From: a virus
Taxonomy: Duplodnaviria > Caudoviricetes
Strand: one strand, 5' to 3'
Length of the DNA stretch: 64,000 nt
Virus record (IMG/VR): IMGVR_UViG_3300035214_000144
Coordinates: 5,309-69,308 of that record
In this document: positions 30,327 to 41,250 of the stretch, one piece after another
Numbering within the stretch: position 1 is the first letter of the stretch
Layout of the letters: the number at the start of each line of letters is the position of its first letter
The notes under the pieces: model-generated
Seen by the model: the letters and a program-made list of their open reading frames with translations, nothing else
The model's database searches: none
What the model was told of the DNA's origin: nothing
Program-made: the position numbers and the translations under genes

Positions 30327-30592
30327 ACATAGAGGAAATTCGAGAAATATTAAAAGATATAAAATGGAGTACGTGGGTAGTTCCATTTGAATTAATTAAA
30401 CCATATATTATATTATTATTATGTGTATTATTTGTTTTTCCGTTGATTATAGGTTTACGATTTTCATTACTTGGATATGCTATGAATTATTTTTGGTTTG
30501 ATTATATGTTTTTTATGTGGTATAAAGCAAAAGTAGTTAAACAAATAGAATGGGAAAGACGACAAAAGCGAAAAGAATTTAGAGATGATTAG
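30323..30592 (+). CDS. Membrane hypothetical protein (start probably 30323, ATGA overlap)
   Basis: Hydrophobic core [16 protein letters not shown]; ATG overlaps the DUF1289 stop. Confidence 0.55.
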   Translation: MNIEEIREILKDIKWSTWVVPFELIKPYIILLLCVLFVFPLIIGLRFSLLGYAMNYFWFDYMFFMWYKAKVVKQIEWERRQKRKEFRDD

Positions 30593-31550
30593 TAATTTAA
30601 AAATGTACGATAAAGTTTCAAGAGTTATTCCTGAAGTAGAATGGCAATTCCACGAACCTTATATTTCTAGTATTAATAGATTAAAGAAACAAAAGAATGC
30701 AATTATTCTTGCTCACAATTATCAAACACCAGAAATATATCATTGTGTTGCAGACATAGTTGGAGACTCTTTAAAGTTAGCTATAGAATCAAAAAAAGCT
30801 AAAGCAAATACTATTATAATGTGTGGTGTAACTTTTATGGCCGAAACAGCCAAGTTAATGAGTCCTAACAAAACTGTTTTAATACCAGATGCAAGAGCTG
30901 GTTGTTCATTATCAGAATCAATTACAGGTAGAGATGTACGTTTATTAAAACAAAAATATCCAGGTGTACCAGTAGTAACTTATGTAAACACATCTGCTGA
31001 TGTTAAAGCAGAAACAGATATATGTTGCACATCAGGTAACGCAGTAGAAATTATAGAATCATTAGGTGTTGATAAAGTTATTTTTCTTCCAGATGAATAC
31101 CTTGCAAAAAATGTTGCCGCACAAACAAAAGTAAAAATTATTTCGTGGCACGGAAAATGTATGGTTCACGAAAGATTTACAGCACAAGAGATTAGAGAAT
31201 ATAGAGAAAACAATCCAGGTATAACTATTTTAGCTCATCCAGAATGTCCACCAGAAGTTATTGCTGAAGTAGATTTTACAGGATCAACATCTAAGATGAG
31301 TAATTATGTTAAAGAAAAACAACCTGCAAAAGTTCTTATGGTTACAGAATGTTCTATGAGTGATAATGTATCAATTGAGAACCCTGATGTAGAATTTGTT
31401 AGACCTTGTAATTTGTGTCCACATATGAAAAAAATAACTTTACCAAGTATATTACGATCATTAATGTTGAATATTCACGAAGTAAAAATAGGTCATAACA
31501 TAATGACAAAAGCAAAACGTCCTATAGAAAGAATGATATATGGAATATAA
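30585..31550 (+). CDS. nadA: Quinolinate synthase A
   Basis: ILAHNYQ, GDSL, three cluster Cys in MCGVTFMAE / CMVHERF / [23 protein letters not shown]. Confidence 0.95.
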   Translation: MISNLKMYDKVSRVIPEVEWQFHEPYISSINRLKKQKNAIILAHNYQTPEIYHCVADIVGDSLKLAIESKKAKANTIIMCGVTFMAETAKLMSPNKTVLIPDARAGCSLSESITGRDVRLLKQKYPGVPVVTYVNTSADVKAETDICCTSGNAVEIIESLGVDKVIFLPDEYLAKNVAAQTKVKIISWHGKCMVHERFTAQEIREYRENNPGITILAHPECPPEVIAEVDFTGSTSKMSNYVKEKQPAKVLMVTECSMSDNVSIENPDVEFVRPCNLCPHMKKITLPSILRSLMLNIHEVKIGHNIMTKAKRPIERMIYGI

Positions 31551-32214
31551 ACAACAAATGGACGATATGATTAACGTTATTAATCAACACGCCACAAGTT
31601 ATGCAGGAGGCAAAAAAATTAGTCGTAGAGTTGAGTATGCATTAGAGCAAACACCTAGACATAAGTTTGTTGAAAATTTAGTAGGAATGATAGATCCAAT
31701 AGATCCATATGAAGATAATCCGATTCAAATTGGTTATGAGCAAACAATTTCACAACCTTTTATTGTAGCATATATGACAGAGATGTTAGAGATACAACCA
31801 TTGCATAAAGTATTAGAAATTGGTATGGGGTCTGGTTATCAGGCGGCCGTGCTATCTGAATTAGCAGAGGAAATTTATACAGTTGAAAGAATTCCAGAGT
31901 TGGCACAAAGAACAAAACAATTATTTGAAACATTAAAAGATTATGAAAGTATTAAAGTAAAAGTCGGTAATGGAGTTGAAGGCTGGAAAGAACACGCACC
32001 ATATGATAGAATTATTGTAACAGCAATGGCTAATGCGATGCCAAATGAATTAGCAAAGCAATTAGTAGATGGTGGAAAAATGATTGTACCTATTGAAGGT
32101 AAGTTATTATTAATAACAAAGAAAAAAGAAATTGCTGGTGTACCAGTTTTAGAACAAAAAAATTTAATAGGAGTAAGGTTTGTACCATTAATAGACAATG
32201 ATAGTAACAAATAA
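31540..32214 (+). CDS. pcm: Protein-L-isoaspartate O-methyltransferase
   Basis: [45 protein letters not shown]. Confidence 0.93.
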   Translation: MEYKQQMDDMINVINQHATSYAGGKKISRRVEYALEQTPRHKFVENLVGMIDPIDPYEDNPIQIGYEQTISQPFIVAYMTEMLEIQPLHKVLEIGMGSGYQAAVLSELAEEIYTVERIPELAQRTKQLFETLKDYESIKVKVGNGVEGWKEHAPYDRIIVTAMANAMPNELAKQLVDGGKMIVPIEGKLLLITKKKEIAGVPVLEQKNLIGVRFVPLIDNDSNK

Positions 32215-33066
32215 ATGAAAAAAGGTTATCTAGTAATAGCACAAAATAGTAATTACGATTATGTTCGTATGGCATACGCACTAGCTTTGAGTATTACTAA
32301 CACACAAAAATCTGTTAGGCGTATTAGTATTGCAGTTGATAAAAACACTATCGTTCCAGACAAGTACAAAACTGTATTTGATGAAATAATAAAAATTCCA
32401 TTTACTGATGATGCTGAATTGGCTGACTGGAAAATTAATAATAAATGGAAATACTATTATATGACACCATATGATCATACAGTTATATTAGATACTGATA
32501 TGTTATTTTTAAGTGATATTGGGCATTGGTGGGAATATTTTACAAGCAGAGCAATGACATCAACTTGTAAAATTAAAACTTATAGAAATGAACTAGCTAA
32601 CAATAGTCCCAATAGACAAACTTTTTTAGCAAATAAACTACCTAACATATATACAGCATTTTTTCATTTTAATAAAAATAGTGATTTAACTGAAGAATAT
32701 TTTAAATTAATTCAACATATTTTTAGAAACTATGATACATTTAAAGAAGACTTCTTAGTTCCACCAAGACAAACCTTTTTAAGTGCTGATGTAGTATATG
32801 CTTTGGCTGGAAAATTGTTAGGTATTGAAGATGAAATGTGCAACAAACATTTAGAATATCCTACATTTACACATATGAAATCTAATGTGCAAGGCTGGGG
32901 ACCAGGATATTCTAAACATTGGACTAAACATATTGGTGCATATTTTTCAAAAAACTGTGAATTAAAAATAGGTAATTATATACAAAAGCTACCATTTCAT
33001 TATCAAGATAAAAAATTTTTAACCGATGAAATAATAGTAAAATTAGAAAAGAAGATTGGGTTATGA
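32215..33066 (+). CDS. GT-A fold glycosyltransferase-like protein (GT8-like)
   Basis: TPYDHTVILDTDM (DxD), LPNIYTAFFHF, PTFTHMK; paralog of 29266. Confidence 0.7.
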   Translation: MKKGYLVIAQNSNYDYVRMAYALALSITNTQKSVRRISIAVDKNTIVPDKYKTVFDEIIKIPFTDDAELADWKINNKWKYYYMTPYDHTVILDTDMLFLSDIGHWWEYFTSRAMTSTCKIKTYRNELANNSPNRQTFLANKLPNIYTAFFHFNKNSDLTEEYFKLIQHIFRNYDTFKEDFLVPPRQTFLSADVVYALAGKLLGIEDEMCNKHLEYPTFTHMKSNVQGWGPGYSKHWTKHIGAYFSKNCELKIGNYIQKLPFHYQDKKFLTDEIIVKLEKKIGL

Positions 33067-33659
33067 TAAAAGAAAAAAGATATGTTTTGTTTGATTTAGA
33101 AACACGTGATATAAAAGGTATAATGCGTAATCAACCTGCATTATCAGAAACATATTTTGAAATTGACTATCCTGATGTTGAAGATTTTATAACAAATACT
33201 AAAAATGTTGTAAATTATTACATAGATAAAGATATAAAACAAAGTAAATACTCAATAAAATTAAAGAAAACTGATATATCTGTAAAGTTAATAGATGATC
33301 GATTATTCAAAATACCTAAAGCTGAAAGCGGTGATGTAATGATTGAAAACAATACAAAAGAACAAAAAATGGTTATTAAGTTTGAAGAGGCATTTAGGTC
33401 TTACTTATTAAAAAAATATAAGATAAACAAAGAAACAAAAATTAAAAACATTAATGTAGAAGGTCAACAATTTTTAGATTTTATTTTGTGTTATGATGCT
33501 GACCCGCATAATTTAATACATTATGCACGTATTCCAGTTTTATATTTGTTAATGAATAATAAAGCAGATGTTTTGTATAAGACAGAACATACAAATCATT
33601 GCGTCTATACAAAAAGAATATACGACGACTATTGCTATAAGGAAATAGAGTATGAGTAA
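33063..33659 (+). CDS. Hypothetical protein
   Basis: 198-aa ORF coupled to both neighbours. Confidence 0.7.
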   Translation: MIKEKRYVLFDLETRDIKGIMRNQPALSETYFEIDYPDVEDFITNTKNVVNYYIDKDIKQSKYSIKLKKTDISVKLIDDRLFKIPKAESGDVMIENNTKEQKMVIKFEEAFRSYLLKKYKINKETKIKNINVEGQQFLDFILCYDADPHNLIHYARIPVLYLLMNNKADVLYKTEHTNHCVYTKRIYDDYCYKEIEYE

Positions 33660-34653
33660 AATAATTGACGTAACTGATATTGATATCTTTTATATTAGTT
33701 TCGACGAACCAAATATGGAAGAGAATTGGGCAGATTTAAAAACAAAATGCCCGTGGGCAAAAAGAACACACGGAATATTAGGATCGGATGCCGCTCATAA
33801 AGAGTGTGCCAAAAATGCTGAAACTGATAGATTTATTTCTGTTGATGGAGACAATATTGTTGATCCACAGTTCTTTGATCAAGTAATTGACTTTAGACAA
33901 GCAGATGTTAAATTAGAAACTTCTGTGATTAGTTGGTGCGGAAAAAATTCTATAAATGGATTAATATATGGTAATGGTGGATTAAAATGTTGGCCAGTTC
34001 AATATGTATTAGATATGAAAACACACGAAGCCGCCGTTGATGAAAGATCAAAAGTAGATTTTTGTTGGGACTTAAATTATATACAAATGAATGATGCATA
34101 TAGTTTAGTAATGAACAACGATACACCTTATCAGGCATACAGAGCAGGATTTAGAGAAGGTGTTAAAATGAGTTTGGATAGAGGATTAAAAGTCGACCCA
34201 GATAATTTTGAAGCAAGTATACACGATAAAAACTTTCATAGATTATTAACTTGGTGCAATATAGGTAGAGATGTTACTAATGGATTATGGGCTATGTATG
34301 GAGCAAGACTAGGTTGCTACTTAACTAATTTAGATTCAACATTTGACTTTGTTAATGTACGAGATTTTGAATGGCATACAAAATACTTTAATGAAGAAAT
34401 AATGCCAAAATTCGAAGGGGAAGATGAATATTGTATTAAATCTAAATATCATTGGAACTACGAAAAATTACTTAAAGAAACATTATATTTAGGTGACCAG
34501 TTACGTAAAAAATTAAATATTCCAGTTGCAGAATTAGATGCAGAAGGTTCTACGTTCTTTAAAAAAGTATATTGGAACCCTCCGAGAATGGGTAACCTGG
34601 TTACTGAAAAAGACTCTGAAGGAAGGATAACTTATAAAACAATCAATGGCTAA
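33652..34653 (+). CDS. Glycosyltransferase-like protein (GT-A, DxD)
   Basis: DIFYISFDEPN...HGILGSDAAHK...FISVDGDN...GNGGLKCWP...AYRAGFREGVKM. Confidence 0.6.
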   Translation: MSKIIDVTDIDIFYISFDEPNMEENWADLKTKCPWAKRTHGILGSDAAHKECAKNAETDRFISVDGDNIVDPQFFDQVIDFRQADVKLETSVISWCGKNSINGLIYGNGGLKCWPVQYVLDMKTHEAAVDERSKVDFCWDLNYIQMNDAYSLVMNNDTPYQAYRAGFREGVKMSLDRGLKVDPDNFEASIHDKNFHRLLTWCNIGRDVTNGLWAMYGARLGCYLTNLDSTFDFVNVRDFEWHTKYFNEEIMPKFEGEDEYCIKSKYHWNYEKLLKETLYLGDQLRKKLNIPVAELDAEGSTFFKKVYWNPPRMGNLVTEKDSEGRITYKTING

Positions 34654-34789
34654 TATTATTTTTTATATTATATTCGTACCAATATGTATAATACTTGTCT
34701 TGGCAGTAGTGCTATGGGCTTTTATTGTAACTAGTTGTTGCCAAATTTGGCATTGGATTAAATCAATTTTTAAAAAAAATGACAGATGA
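34646..34789 (+). CDS. Small membrane peptide (47 aa), not in ORF track
   Basis: MANIIFYIIFVPICIILVLAVVLWAFIVTSCCQIWHWIKSIFKKNDR fills the gap with overlaps at both ends. Confidence 0.55.
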   Translation: MANIIFYIIFVPICIILVLAVVLWAFIVTSCCQIWHWIKSIFKKNDR

Positions 34790-36164
34790 AGTTAAAAAAA
34801 TCAAGCAGACTAGAGATCAGCTTAATGCTGTATCGCCATCCTTCTGTTTAGCAAAATGGTACCAATCAACAATACATTTACAATATGGACATACACATAG
34901 TTGTCATCACCCAAGAACACACCAAGTTCCTTTAAATGAACTTAAATCAAATTCTAGTGCATTACATAATACAGAATATAAAAAATCACAAAGACAACTT
35001 ATGCTTAAAGGAGTAAGACCTCCTGAATGTCAATACTGCTGGAACGTTGAAGATTTAGGTACAGAACATTATAGTGATAGAAGTTCTAAATCACACGAAT
35101 CGTGGGCAAAACCTTTTTTAAATGAAACAGCAAAAATGGATGGCAATGAAAATGTAAATCCAACTTATGTTGAAATAAGTTTTAGTAATGTTTGTAATTT
35201 TAAATGTGCATATTGCTCTCCAGCATTTAGTAGTTCGTGGATGGAAGAAATCCAATCAGAAGGAGCATATCCTACAAGCGACAAGTTTAATAATTTGTCT
35301 TGGTTAAAACAACAAGGCAAACTACCGATTCCTCATCGTGAACATAATCCTTATGTTGACGCATTCTGGAAATGGTTCCCTGACCTGTACAAAACTCTCC
35401 AGGTTTTCAGAATTACAGGCGGGGAACCTCTATTATCTAAAGATACTTACAAAGTACTAGATTATATTAATGATAATCCTAGACCTGAACTTGAACTTGC
35501 AATTAATTCAAATGGCTGTGTACCAAATAAATTATTTGATGAATACATTGAAAAAATGAAAAGAATTACATTAGATAATAAAATTGGGGTAACAAGATTC
35601 TATACATCAATTGATACTTGGGGTGAACAAGCAGAATATATTAGAGATGGATTAGATTTTAATCAATGGTATGATAATATATGTCGTGTATTAACTGAAT
35701 TGCCAAAAACTAAAATTACAATTATGTGTACAACAGGTTTATTAAGTATGCCAAGATTACATAAACTATTAGATATAATACATCCTTTAAAGAGAGAATT
35801 CTATACAGAAGCTCGTAAAGTGCCAATAACAATTGATACAGCTATTTTAAGGCACCCTGCGTACCTTAGTGCATCAATACTACCAAAAAAATATAGTAAG
35901 CTATTAGACCCTGCTATAGCAATTATGGAAGCAAATGCTGAGTCTTATAACAACCCATATAAAGGTTTTTTTGACTTTGAACTAGCTAAATTACTACGTT
36001 TTAAGTCGTATGCAGAAGCTGACCCGAACAAATCAGAGAAAATTAACTTAAATATAACTAGAACTGACTTTATAAGTTATATTAATGAATATGACAAAAG
36101 GAGAAATAAATCATTTAAAAAAGTTTTTCCAGAATTAGAAGAATTTTATGAAAGTTGTTTATGA
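34779..36164 (+). CDS. Radical SAM enzyme with N-terminal twitch/SPASM-like region (#1)
   Basis: SFCLAKW...SCHH...PECQYCW; CNFKCAYC; GGEP. Confidence 0.9.
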   Translation: MTDEVKKIKQTRDQLNAVSPSFCLAKWYQSTIHLQYGHTHSCHHPRTHQVPLNELKSNSSALHNTEYKKSQRQLMLKGVRPPECQYCWNVEDLGTEHYSDRSSKSHESWAKPFLNETAKMDGNENVNPTYVEISFSNVCNFKCAYCSPAFSSSWMEEIQSEGAYPTSDKFNNLSWLKQQGKLPIPHREHNPYVDAFWKWFPDLYKTLQVFRITGGEPLLSKDTYKVLDYINDNPRPELELAINSNGCVPNKLFDEYIEKMKRITLDNKIGVTRFYTSIDTWGEQAEYIRDGLDFNQWYDNICRVLTELPKTKITIMCTTGLLSMPRLHKLLDIIHPLKREFYTEARKVPITIDTAILRHPAYLSASILPKKYSKLLDPAIAIMEANAESYNNPYKGFFDFELAKLLRFKSYAEADPNKSEKINLNITRTDFISYINEYDKRRNKSFKKVFPELEEFYESCL

Positions 36165-36241
36165 ACAAAATAGTATGTTGGACTATGTTTTGGATTATAA
36201 TGGCCCTGGTCGCTTTTTATTTAGGAGTATACGTATGGTAA
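36161..36241 (+). CDS. Hydrophobic micro-peptide (26 aa), not in ORF track
   Basis: MNKIVCWTMFWIIMALVAFYLGVYVW; ATGA overlap with the rSAM stop. Confidence 0.45.
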   Translation: MNKIVCWTMFWIIMALVAFYLGVYVW

Positions 36242-36549
36242 GAATTTTAGGAATTTTATCACTTTTAATATTATTGCAAAGTTGTCAAGGAACTCCTTTT
36301 GCAAGTTTGATTGGTGCAGAAACAGTTGTTGCTGGAACTAGCAGTTATTCAACATATAAAACTATTACAATAACAAAAGCTGGTATTGATACTGGACTAG
36401 CAATATCAGGAAAAAAGACAACAACAGATATGTTTATATCAAGTATTACTGGAAAAGATTGTGATGTAATCCGTTTAATAAAATATAATGAAATGAGATT
36501 TGTTTGTTTAGATATTGTTCCAGAATATGAAGCCATTGGGGAAAAATAA
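36235..36549 (+). CDS. Putative lipoprotein (start moved to MVRIL)
   Basis: AGGAG SD, signal peptide and lipobox LQSC. Confidence 0.65.
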   Translation: MVRILGILSLLILLQSCQGTPFASLIGAETVVAGTSSYSTYKTITITKAGIDTGLAISGKKTTTDMFISSITGKDCDVIRLIKYNEMRFVCLDIVPEYEAIGEK

Positions 36550-36870
36550 ATGTATAAGCCACTACCTAATGGATTAACAATAAAAGAATCCGAACACCAC
36601 GGACTTGGTTTGTTTTCTACACAGGAATTTGACAAAGAGGTTGTATTAGGTATTGCACATATTGAAAACAACAACTTTCCACACGGATATATTAGAACTG
36701 CCTTGGGTGCTTTTTACAATCATTCAGATACTCCTAATTGTATGAGCTTAAAAGGATTTTGGCATCAACTACCAGTACGTTATTTGTGTACAATAAAAAA
36801 AATTAAAGCAGGTGAAGAGTTAACAGCAAAATATACTATGTATATTGATTTTAATAAGGACGCATATTGA
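36550..36870 (+). CDS. SET-domain protein (lysine methyltransferase fold)
   Basis: IKESEHHGLGLFS, FYNHSDTPNC, IKAGEELTAKY match SET motifs GxG, NHS and ELxxxY. Confidence 0.9.
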   Translation: MYKPLPNGLTIKESEHHGLGLFSTQEFDKEVVLGIAHIENNNFPHGYIRTALGAFYNHSDTPNCMSLKGFWHQLPVRYLCTIKKIKAGEELTAKYTMYIDFNKDAY

Positions 36871-36871
36871 T

Positions 36872-37060
36872 ATGAAAATAAAAGAATTAAAACTAAAAAG
36901 CATTAACATAGGCGATGAAATACTCGTAGGTAGATTTAAGAATCGCAAAGCTACAGTTACTGGCTTTGGTGTCGACGATCATAATCAACCTGTACTAAAA
37001 ACAACCAAAGGCCCACAAAAATTATTCAAACCTAGAATAGTAAAACTGATGGACAAATGA
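36872..37060 (+). CDS. Small phage hypothetical protein
   Basis: INIGDEILVGRFKNRKATV...QPVLKT; start moved to the ATG after the SET stop. Confidence 0.7.
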   Translation: MKIKELKLKSINIGDEILVGRFKNRKATVTGFGVDDHNQPVLKTTKGPQKLFKPRIVKLMDK

Positions 37061-38580
37061 TAGATAAAAAACAAAATGAAACTTATCAACAATGGAGAGA
37101 TAGGACAATTGATAAAATATCTTCTTCATTCTGTGGTGCTAAATGGTACAATGCTACTATATGGTTGAACAGTGGTTCGACTGCAAGTTGTCATCATCCT
37201 CCTGCACATAAAATACCTCTTGAAGAAATATTAGCAAACCCAAAAGCAATTCACAATACCAAATATAAAAAAATGGTACGTAAGCAAATGCTTGATGGAG
37301 AAAGACCAAAAGAGTGTGAATACTGTTGGAAGGTTGAAGACTTAGGTAAAAAGTATGTTTCAGATAGAACATATAAAAGTGTTATCTATAATGAAAATGA
37401 TTTAAATTTATGTAAAACAAAATATAATCATACTGAAGACGTTCCATTAAAAACATTAGAAATAGCATTTGATCAAAATTGTAATTATGCTTGTTCATAT
37501 TGTAATGCAAGTTTTTCAACAACGTGGCAAAATGATATACGTAAAAACGGTGCATATCAAAATTTAGTTAGTGATGGTGCAAGAGCATTTCAACAAGATG
37601 GTAAATGGGCTATGCCATACGGAAAGAACAATGAAGGGAATCCTTATGTAAATGCTTTCTTTAAATGGTGGGACGATGAGCTAAATGAAACATTAGAAGA
37701 ATTAAGAGTAACAGGTGGAGAGCCGACGATGTCACAAGACTTTTGGAAACTAATTGACTGGTGGCAAACAAATAAAGATTGTAATGTTAGATTTGCTGTT
37801 AATTCTAATTTAGGATCAAAACCAGAGCTAATACAAAGATTAGTTAACGCAACACATTCATTTAAATATTTTGACTTATATACATCTAATGAATCTTTTA
37901 GTTTACAAGCAGAATATATTAGAGATGGATTGATATGGAATACGTGGTTAGCAAATATACATAAATTTTTACAAGAAGGTAATGTACGTGAGTTTCATAT
38001 GATGATGACTATTAATGCATTATGCTTGTTTAGTATTACAGAGTTTATGGATGAGATGGTACATTTAAAAGAACAATATGGAAAACATTTTCCTACAATG
38101 AGCTTTAATATATTACGGTTTCCTTCCTTCCAAAGTATTGTAACATTGCCAACACATATAAGAAATGAAAGAGCAGATGCATTAGAAAAATGGATTGCTG
38201 ATAATAAAAATAATCCACTTATTCACGATATGGAAATAGATGGTATTAAAAGATTAATTGAATATACTAGAGTAATTAAGACAGGTCACGCATATACATC
38301 TAGTGAAGTAACTAGACACAGAGACTTTAAAACTTTTTATACGCAATATGATATTAGAAGAAATAAAAATTTTATTGAAACATTTAAACACAAAGAATTA
38401 CAAAAATGGTTTGTTAGCATTCCAGAAACAATTACAAAACCAATAGAAGAATTATTTGATGGTGATGCAACAAAAGGATCAATACATAAAGAAGAACTTG
38501 AAGAAAGAGCAAAACAAGAAGGCTGGGTAGTACAACCACAAGGGCCAAACCCTGGAAGCAAAGAATATGTCAACAAATAA
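37057..38580 (+). CDS. Radical SAM enzyme with N-terminal twitch/SPASM-like region (#2)
   Basis: SFCGAKW...SCHH...KECEYCW; CNYACSYC; GGEP; closest to #1. Confidence 0.9.
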   Translation: MIDKKQNETYQQWRDRTIDKISSSFCGAKWYNATIWLNSGSTASCHHPPAHKIPLEEILANPKAIHNTKYKKMVRKQMLDGERPKECEYCWKVEDLGKKYVSDRTYKSVIYNENDLNLCKTKYNHTEDVPLKTLEIAFDQNCNYACSYCNASFSTTWQNDIRKNGAYQNLVSDGARAFQQDGKWAMPYGKNNEGNPYVNAFFKWWDDELNETLEELRVTGGEPTMSQDFWKLIDWWQTNKDCNVRFAVNSNLGSKPELIQRLVNATHSFKYFDLYTSNESFSLQAEYIRDGLIWNTWLANIHKFLQEGNVREFHMMMTINALCLFSITEFMDEMVHLKEQYGKHFPTMSFNILRFPSFQSIVTLPTHIRNERADALEKWIADNKNNPLIHDMEIDGIKRLIEYTRVIKTGHAYTSSEVTRHRDFKTFYTQYDIRRNKNFIETFKHKELQKWFVSIPETITKPIEELFDGDATKGSIHKEELEERAKQEGWVVQPQGPNPGSKEYVNK

Positions 38581-39295
38581 TATTATAGCAGGCGGGTGTT
38601 CGTTTACTTACAACAACGAGATGACGTGGGTTGGAAAAATTGCGGAACATCACAATATTATTAACGTAGGCTCTTGCGCCGCAGGTAATGATTATATTGC
38701 AAGATCTATTATTAATGAAGCCGATAAACATAACGAACCAATAATAATTGCTCAATGGTCTGGGATACATAGAAAAAGCTATTACATCGATAACTCACAT
38801 CCTTTGTATAATGAATTTAAAAAATCCGAATGGCCTGACTGGGCTGGGGATTATCAAAATATAGAAGATGACGCTGTAAAAAAACCAGACTTTTGGATTA
38901 AAACAGGAGGCAATAACATTAATCATAAAGGATCTTCAGAATTAATACACGACCAATTTGTAAAACCTTACACAAAATACTTCTACTCAGATGAACAAGC
39001 CCTTGTAGAATCACTTGAAAATATATTAAAAGTACAGTATTATTGCAAGAGCAAAGGATTAAAAAATATTATGTTTTGGTGGAAGAATGAAATTGATAAT
39101 TATAAATTAGGAAGATTCAGTGGACCGTTAGCTTCACAAATTACAAATGAACATACAATATGGTTACCTAATCTTGGCGAGTGGTGTGTAAAACATACTG
39201 ACCTACTTCAACAAGAATTAGATCAAGGATTTCATCCTACTAAAGCACAACACGATCAATATGCGGAAAGTGTAATATTACAAAATGTTAGTTAA
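38567..39295 (+). CDS. SGNH/GDSL-hydrolase-like protein (#1)
   Basis: AGGCSFT (block I), AAGNDYI (block II), GFHPT (block V). Confidence 0.7.
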   Translation: MSTNNIIAGGCSFTYNNEMTWVGKIAEHHNIINVGSCAAGNDYIARSIINEADKHNEPIIIAQWSGIHRKSYYIDNSHPLYNEFKKSEWPDWAGDYQNIEDDAVKKPDFWIKTGGNNINHKGSSELIHDQFVKPYTKYFYSDEQALVESLENILKVQYYCKSKGLKNIMFWWKNEIDNYKLGRFSGPLASQITNEHTIWLPNLGEWCVKHTDLLQQELDQGFHPTKAQHDQYAESVILQNVS

Positions 39296-40478
39296 ACAAG
39301 TTTATGTAACACATTATGAACCAATGGAGACTATCTCAAGGTTTGTAAGAGATGTTGAATATCTAACTAAACTACCAGCATATGGTGACAATACAAAGTT
39401 TTGGTTTGAAGTAGCTATGGTTGGAACTGACATAGAAAACTTTTGGGACTATCCAAAGATGAAAGAAATGTTACCTTACTTAAAATTAAGACAGGCTCGT
39501 TTAGCAATTTGTTATATGCGAGAATTTCCTTTTGCAGATAATGAATGGGTTCAAATGCAAAGTAAAATAGGTGCAGATGCGGCCAACATACACGGTATTA
39601 ATCCTAATCAAATATTTTATTTTTATGGTAATAACCCTGAGCATTTAACAGAACTACACAAAAGAGAAGTAAATGTTGTTGAGGTTCCATACTTTGAAAT
39701 AGACTTTGTGCATAGATATTTGAATAAAGAAATTGAAATATGTACACCAGAAGAGGCGGCTCATAAAAATCCTCAAAGACAATACCTAGATATGAATGGC
39801 AAGCCTCACAAGTATATGAGACTACGTCACGTTGTACATTTATGGAATAAAAGATTAATCGACAAAGGTATTATTAATTTATTAAGAGGAACAGGTGACT
39901 ATGAAAACTGGGCCAAAGACAAATACTACGAACTAGTTAAAGATATTATTAATGAGGAAGACTGGGAAAAACTTTGGAAGTGGTGGCCTAACTCACACGA
40001 TGATGGAGAAAATATAGATGAAAAACGTTTCTTTGGCAAACATCATCCGGGGTATCCTTACAACAAACAGTTATTTTTAGATACATTTATGAGTTTAGTT
40101 AGCGAAACGCACAGCGGACATTGTGAACCGTATCCTCATAAAGGAAATGGAACTTGTAATCCACAATTCTTTTTAAGTGAAAAGCTTGTTAAAGCAATTG
40201 GCAATTGCCATCCTTTTATTATATTAAGCACACCAAAATATTTAGAACAGTTAAAAAAATACGGGTATAACACATTTGAGCCTCATATTGACGAAAGTTA
40301 TGATAAAGAATTAGAACCAGAATTAAGAATGGTACAAGCTATAGATCAAATAGAAAAAATTTGCAAAGACGGTTTACCTGTTAAAACATTAGAAATTGCT
40401 ATACAAAATCAATACAATCTAGTTAATAGATATTTTAAATTTATGGACGCACTAACAGGAATTCTAGAACAATGGTAA
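39285..40478 (+). CDS. GT10 (alpha-1,3-fucosyltransferase)-like protein (#1)
   Basis: SLVSET...FLSEKLVKAI..CHPFIIL...GYNTF...DESYD resembles the GT10 EN..Y.TEK motif. Confidence 0.55.
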   Translation: MLVKQVYVTHYEPMETISRFVRDVEYLTKLPAYGDNTKFWFEVAMVGTDIENFWDYPKMKEMLPYLKLRQARLAICYMREFPFADNEWVQMQSKIGADAANIHGINPNQIFYFYGNNPEHLTELHKREVNVVEVPYFEIDFVHRYLNKEIEICTPEEAAHKNPQRQYLDMNGKPHKYMRLRHVVHLWNKRLIDKGIINLLRGTGDYENWAKDKYYELVKDIINEEDWEKLWKWWPNSHDDGENIDEKRFFGKHHPGYPYNKQLFLDTFMSLVSETHSGHCEPYPHKGNGTCNPQFFLSEKLVKAIGNCHPFIILSTPKYLEQLKKYGYNTFEPHIDESYDKELEPELRMVQAIDQIEKICKDGLPVKTLEIAIQNQYNLVNRYFKFMDALTGILEQW

Positions 40479-41236
40479 CATTATTAACAGGCGGAGACTC
40501 CTTTACAGCACATATTATGAAAGATAATGTAGCTTGGCCTAACCATATTAATAGAGGAAGAGATCCTGACAAAGAATGCAAAGTTATTAATGTCTCTGAA
40601 ATGGCTAGTGATAATCAACTTATAGCAAGAAATGTTATAAAAGGTTTACAAAAACACGAAGACGATATTAGTCACGTTATTATTGGTTGGAGTGATCCTA
40701 ATAGGTTTAGTTTATATGTTAACCAAGAACATCCTTTTTATAATAACATCTATGAAACTATGAGAAACGAAGCTGGATTTACAAACCAAATATTAACTGG
40801 AAAATGGCATTGTTCTACTAAAGGTAGCTTTATTAAACCTGGTGGTGGATATGATGTTTGGAAAACAAAAAGTGATCTAGTTAATAAAATGGTTAGAGGG
40901 TATATTAAAAACTACCATACTAGAGAAGAACAAATGATGCGTACATTGGAAAACATACTTTTAATACAAGAATATTGCAAAAGCGAAGCAATAGAGTTAC
41001 TCAATTTTAAAGCCTGGGACCACGATTTATTTCACACCGAATATCCAATGACAAAACATCTTGAAAAGCTCATTGACAAAGATACTTGGTGGTTTTATAA
41101 TAAGAAATGTGGAATGAAAGAATGGTGTATTGATAAAGGACTTAATGTTCAACCTGGAGGACATCCGTCTTCTGAAGCACAATATCTTTTTGCATTATCA
41201 ATTATTGAAACTTGGTTATTTGACATCGAAGATTAG
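40472..41236 (+). CDS. SGNH/GDSL-hydrolase-like protein (#2)
   Basis: TGGDSFT, ASDNQLI, GWSDPNR, GGHPS. Confidence 0.7.
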   Translation: MVTLLTGGDSFTAHIMKDNVAWPNHINRGRDPDKECKVINVSEMASDNQLIARNVIKGLQKHEDDISHVIIGWSDPNRFSLYVNQEHPFYNNIYETMRNEAGFTNQILTGKWHCSTKGSFIKPGGGYDVWKTKSDLVNKMVRGYIKNYHTREEQMMRTLENILLIQEYCKSEAIELLNFKAWDHDLFHTEYPMTKHLEKLIDKDTWWFYNKKCGMKEWCIDKGLNVQPGGHPSSEAQYLFALSIIETWLFDIED

Positions 41237-41250
41237 GATAGGACAACAAT

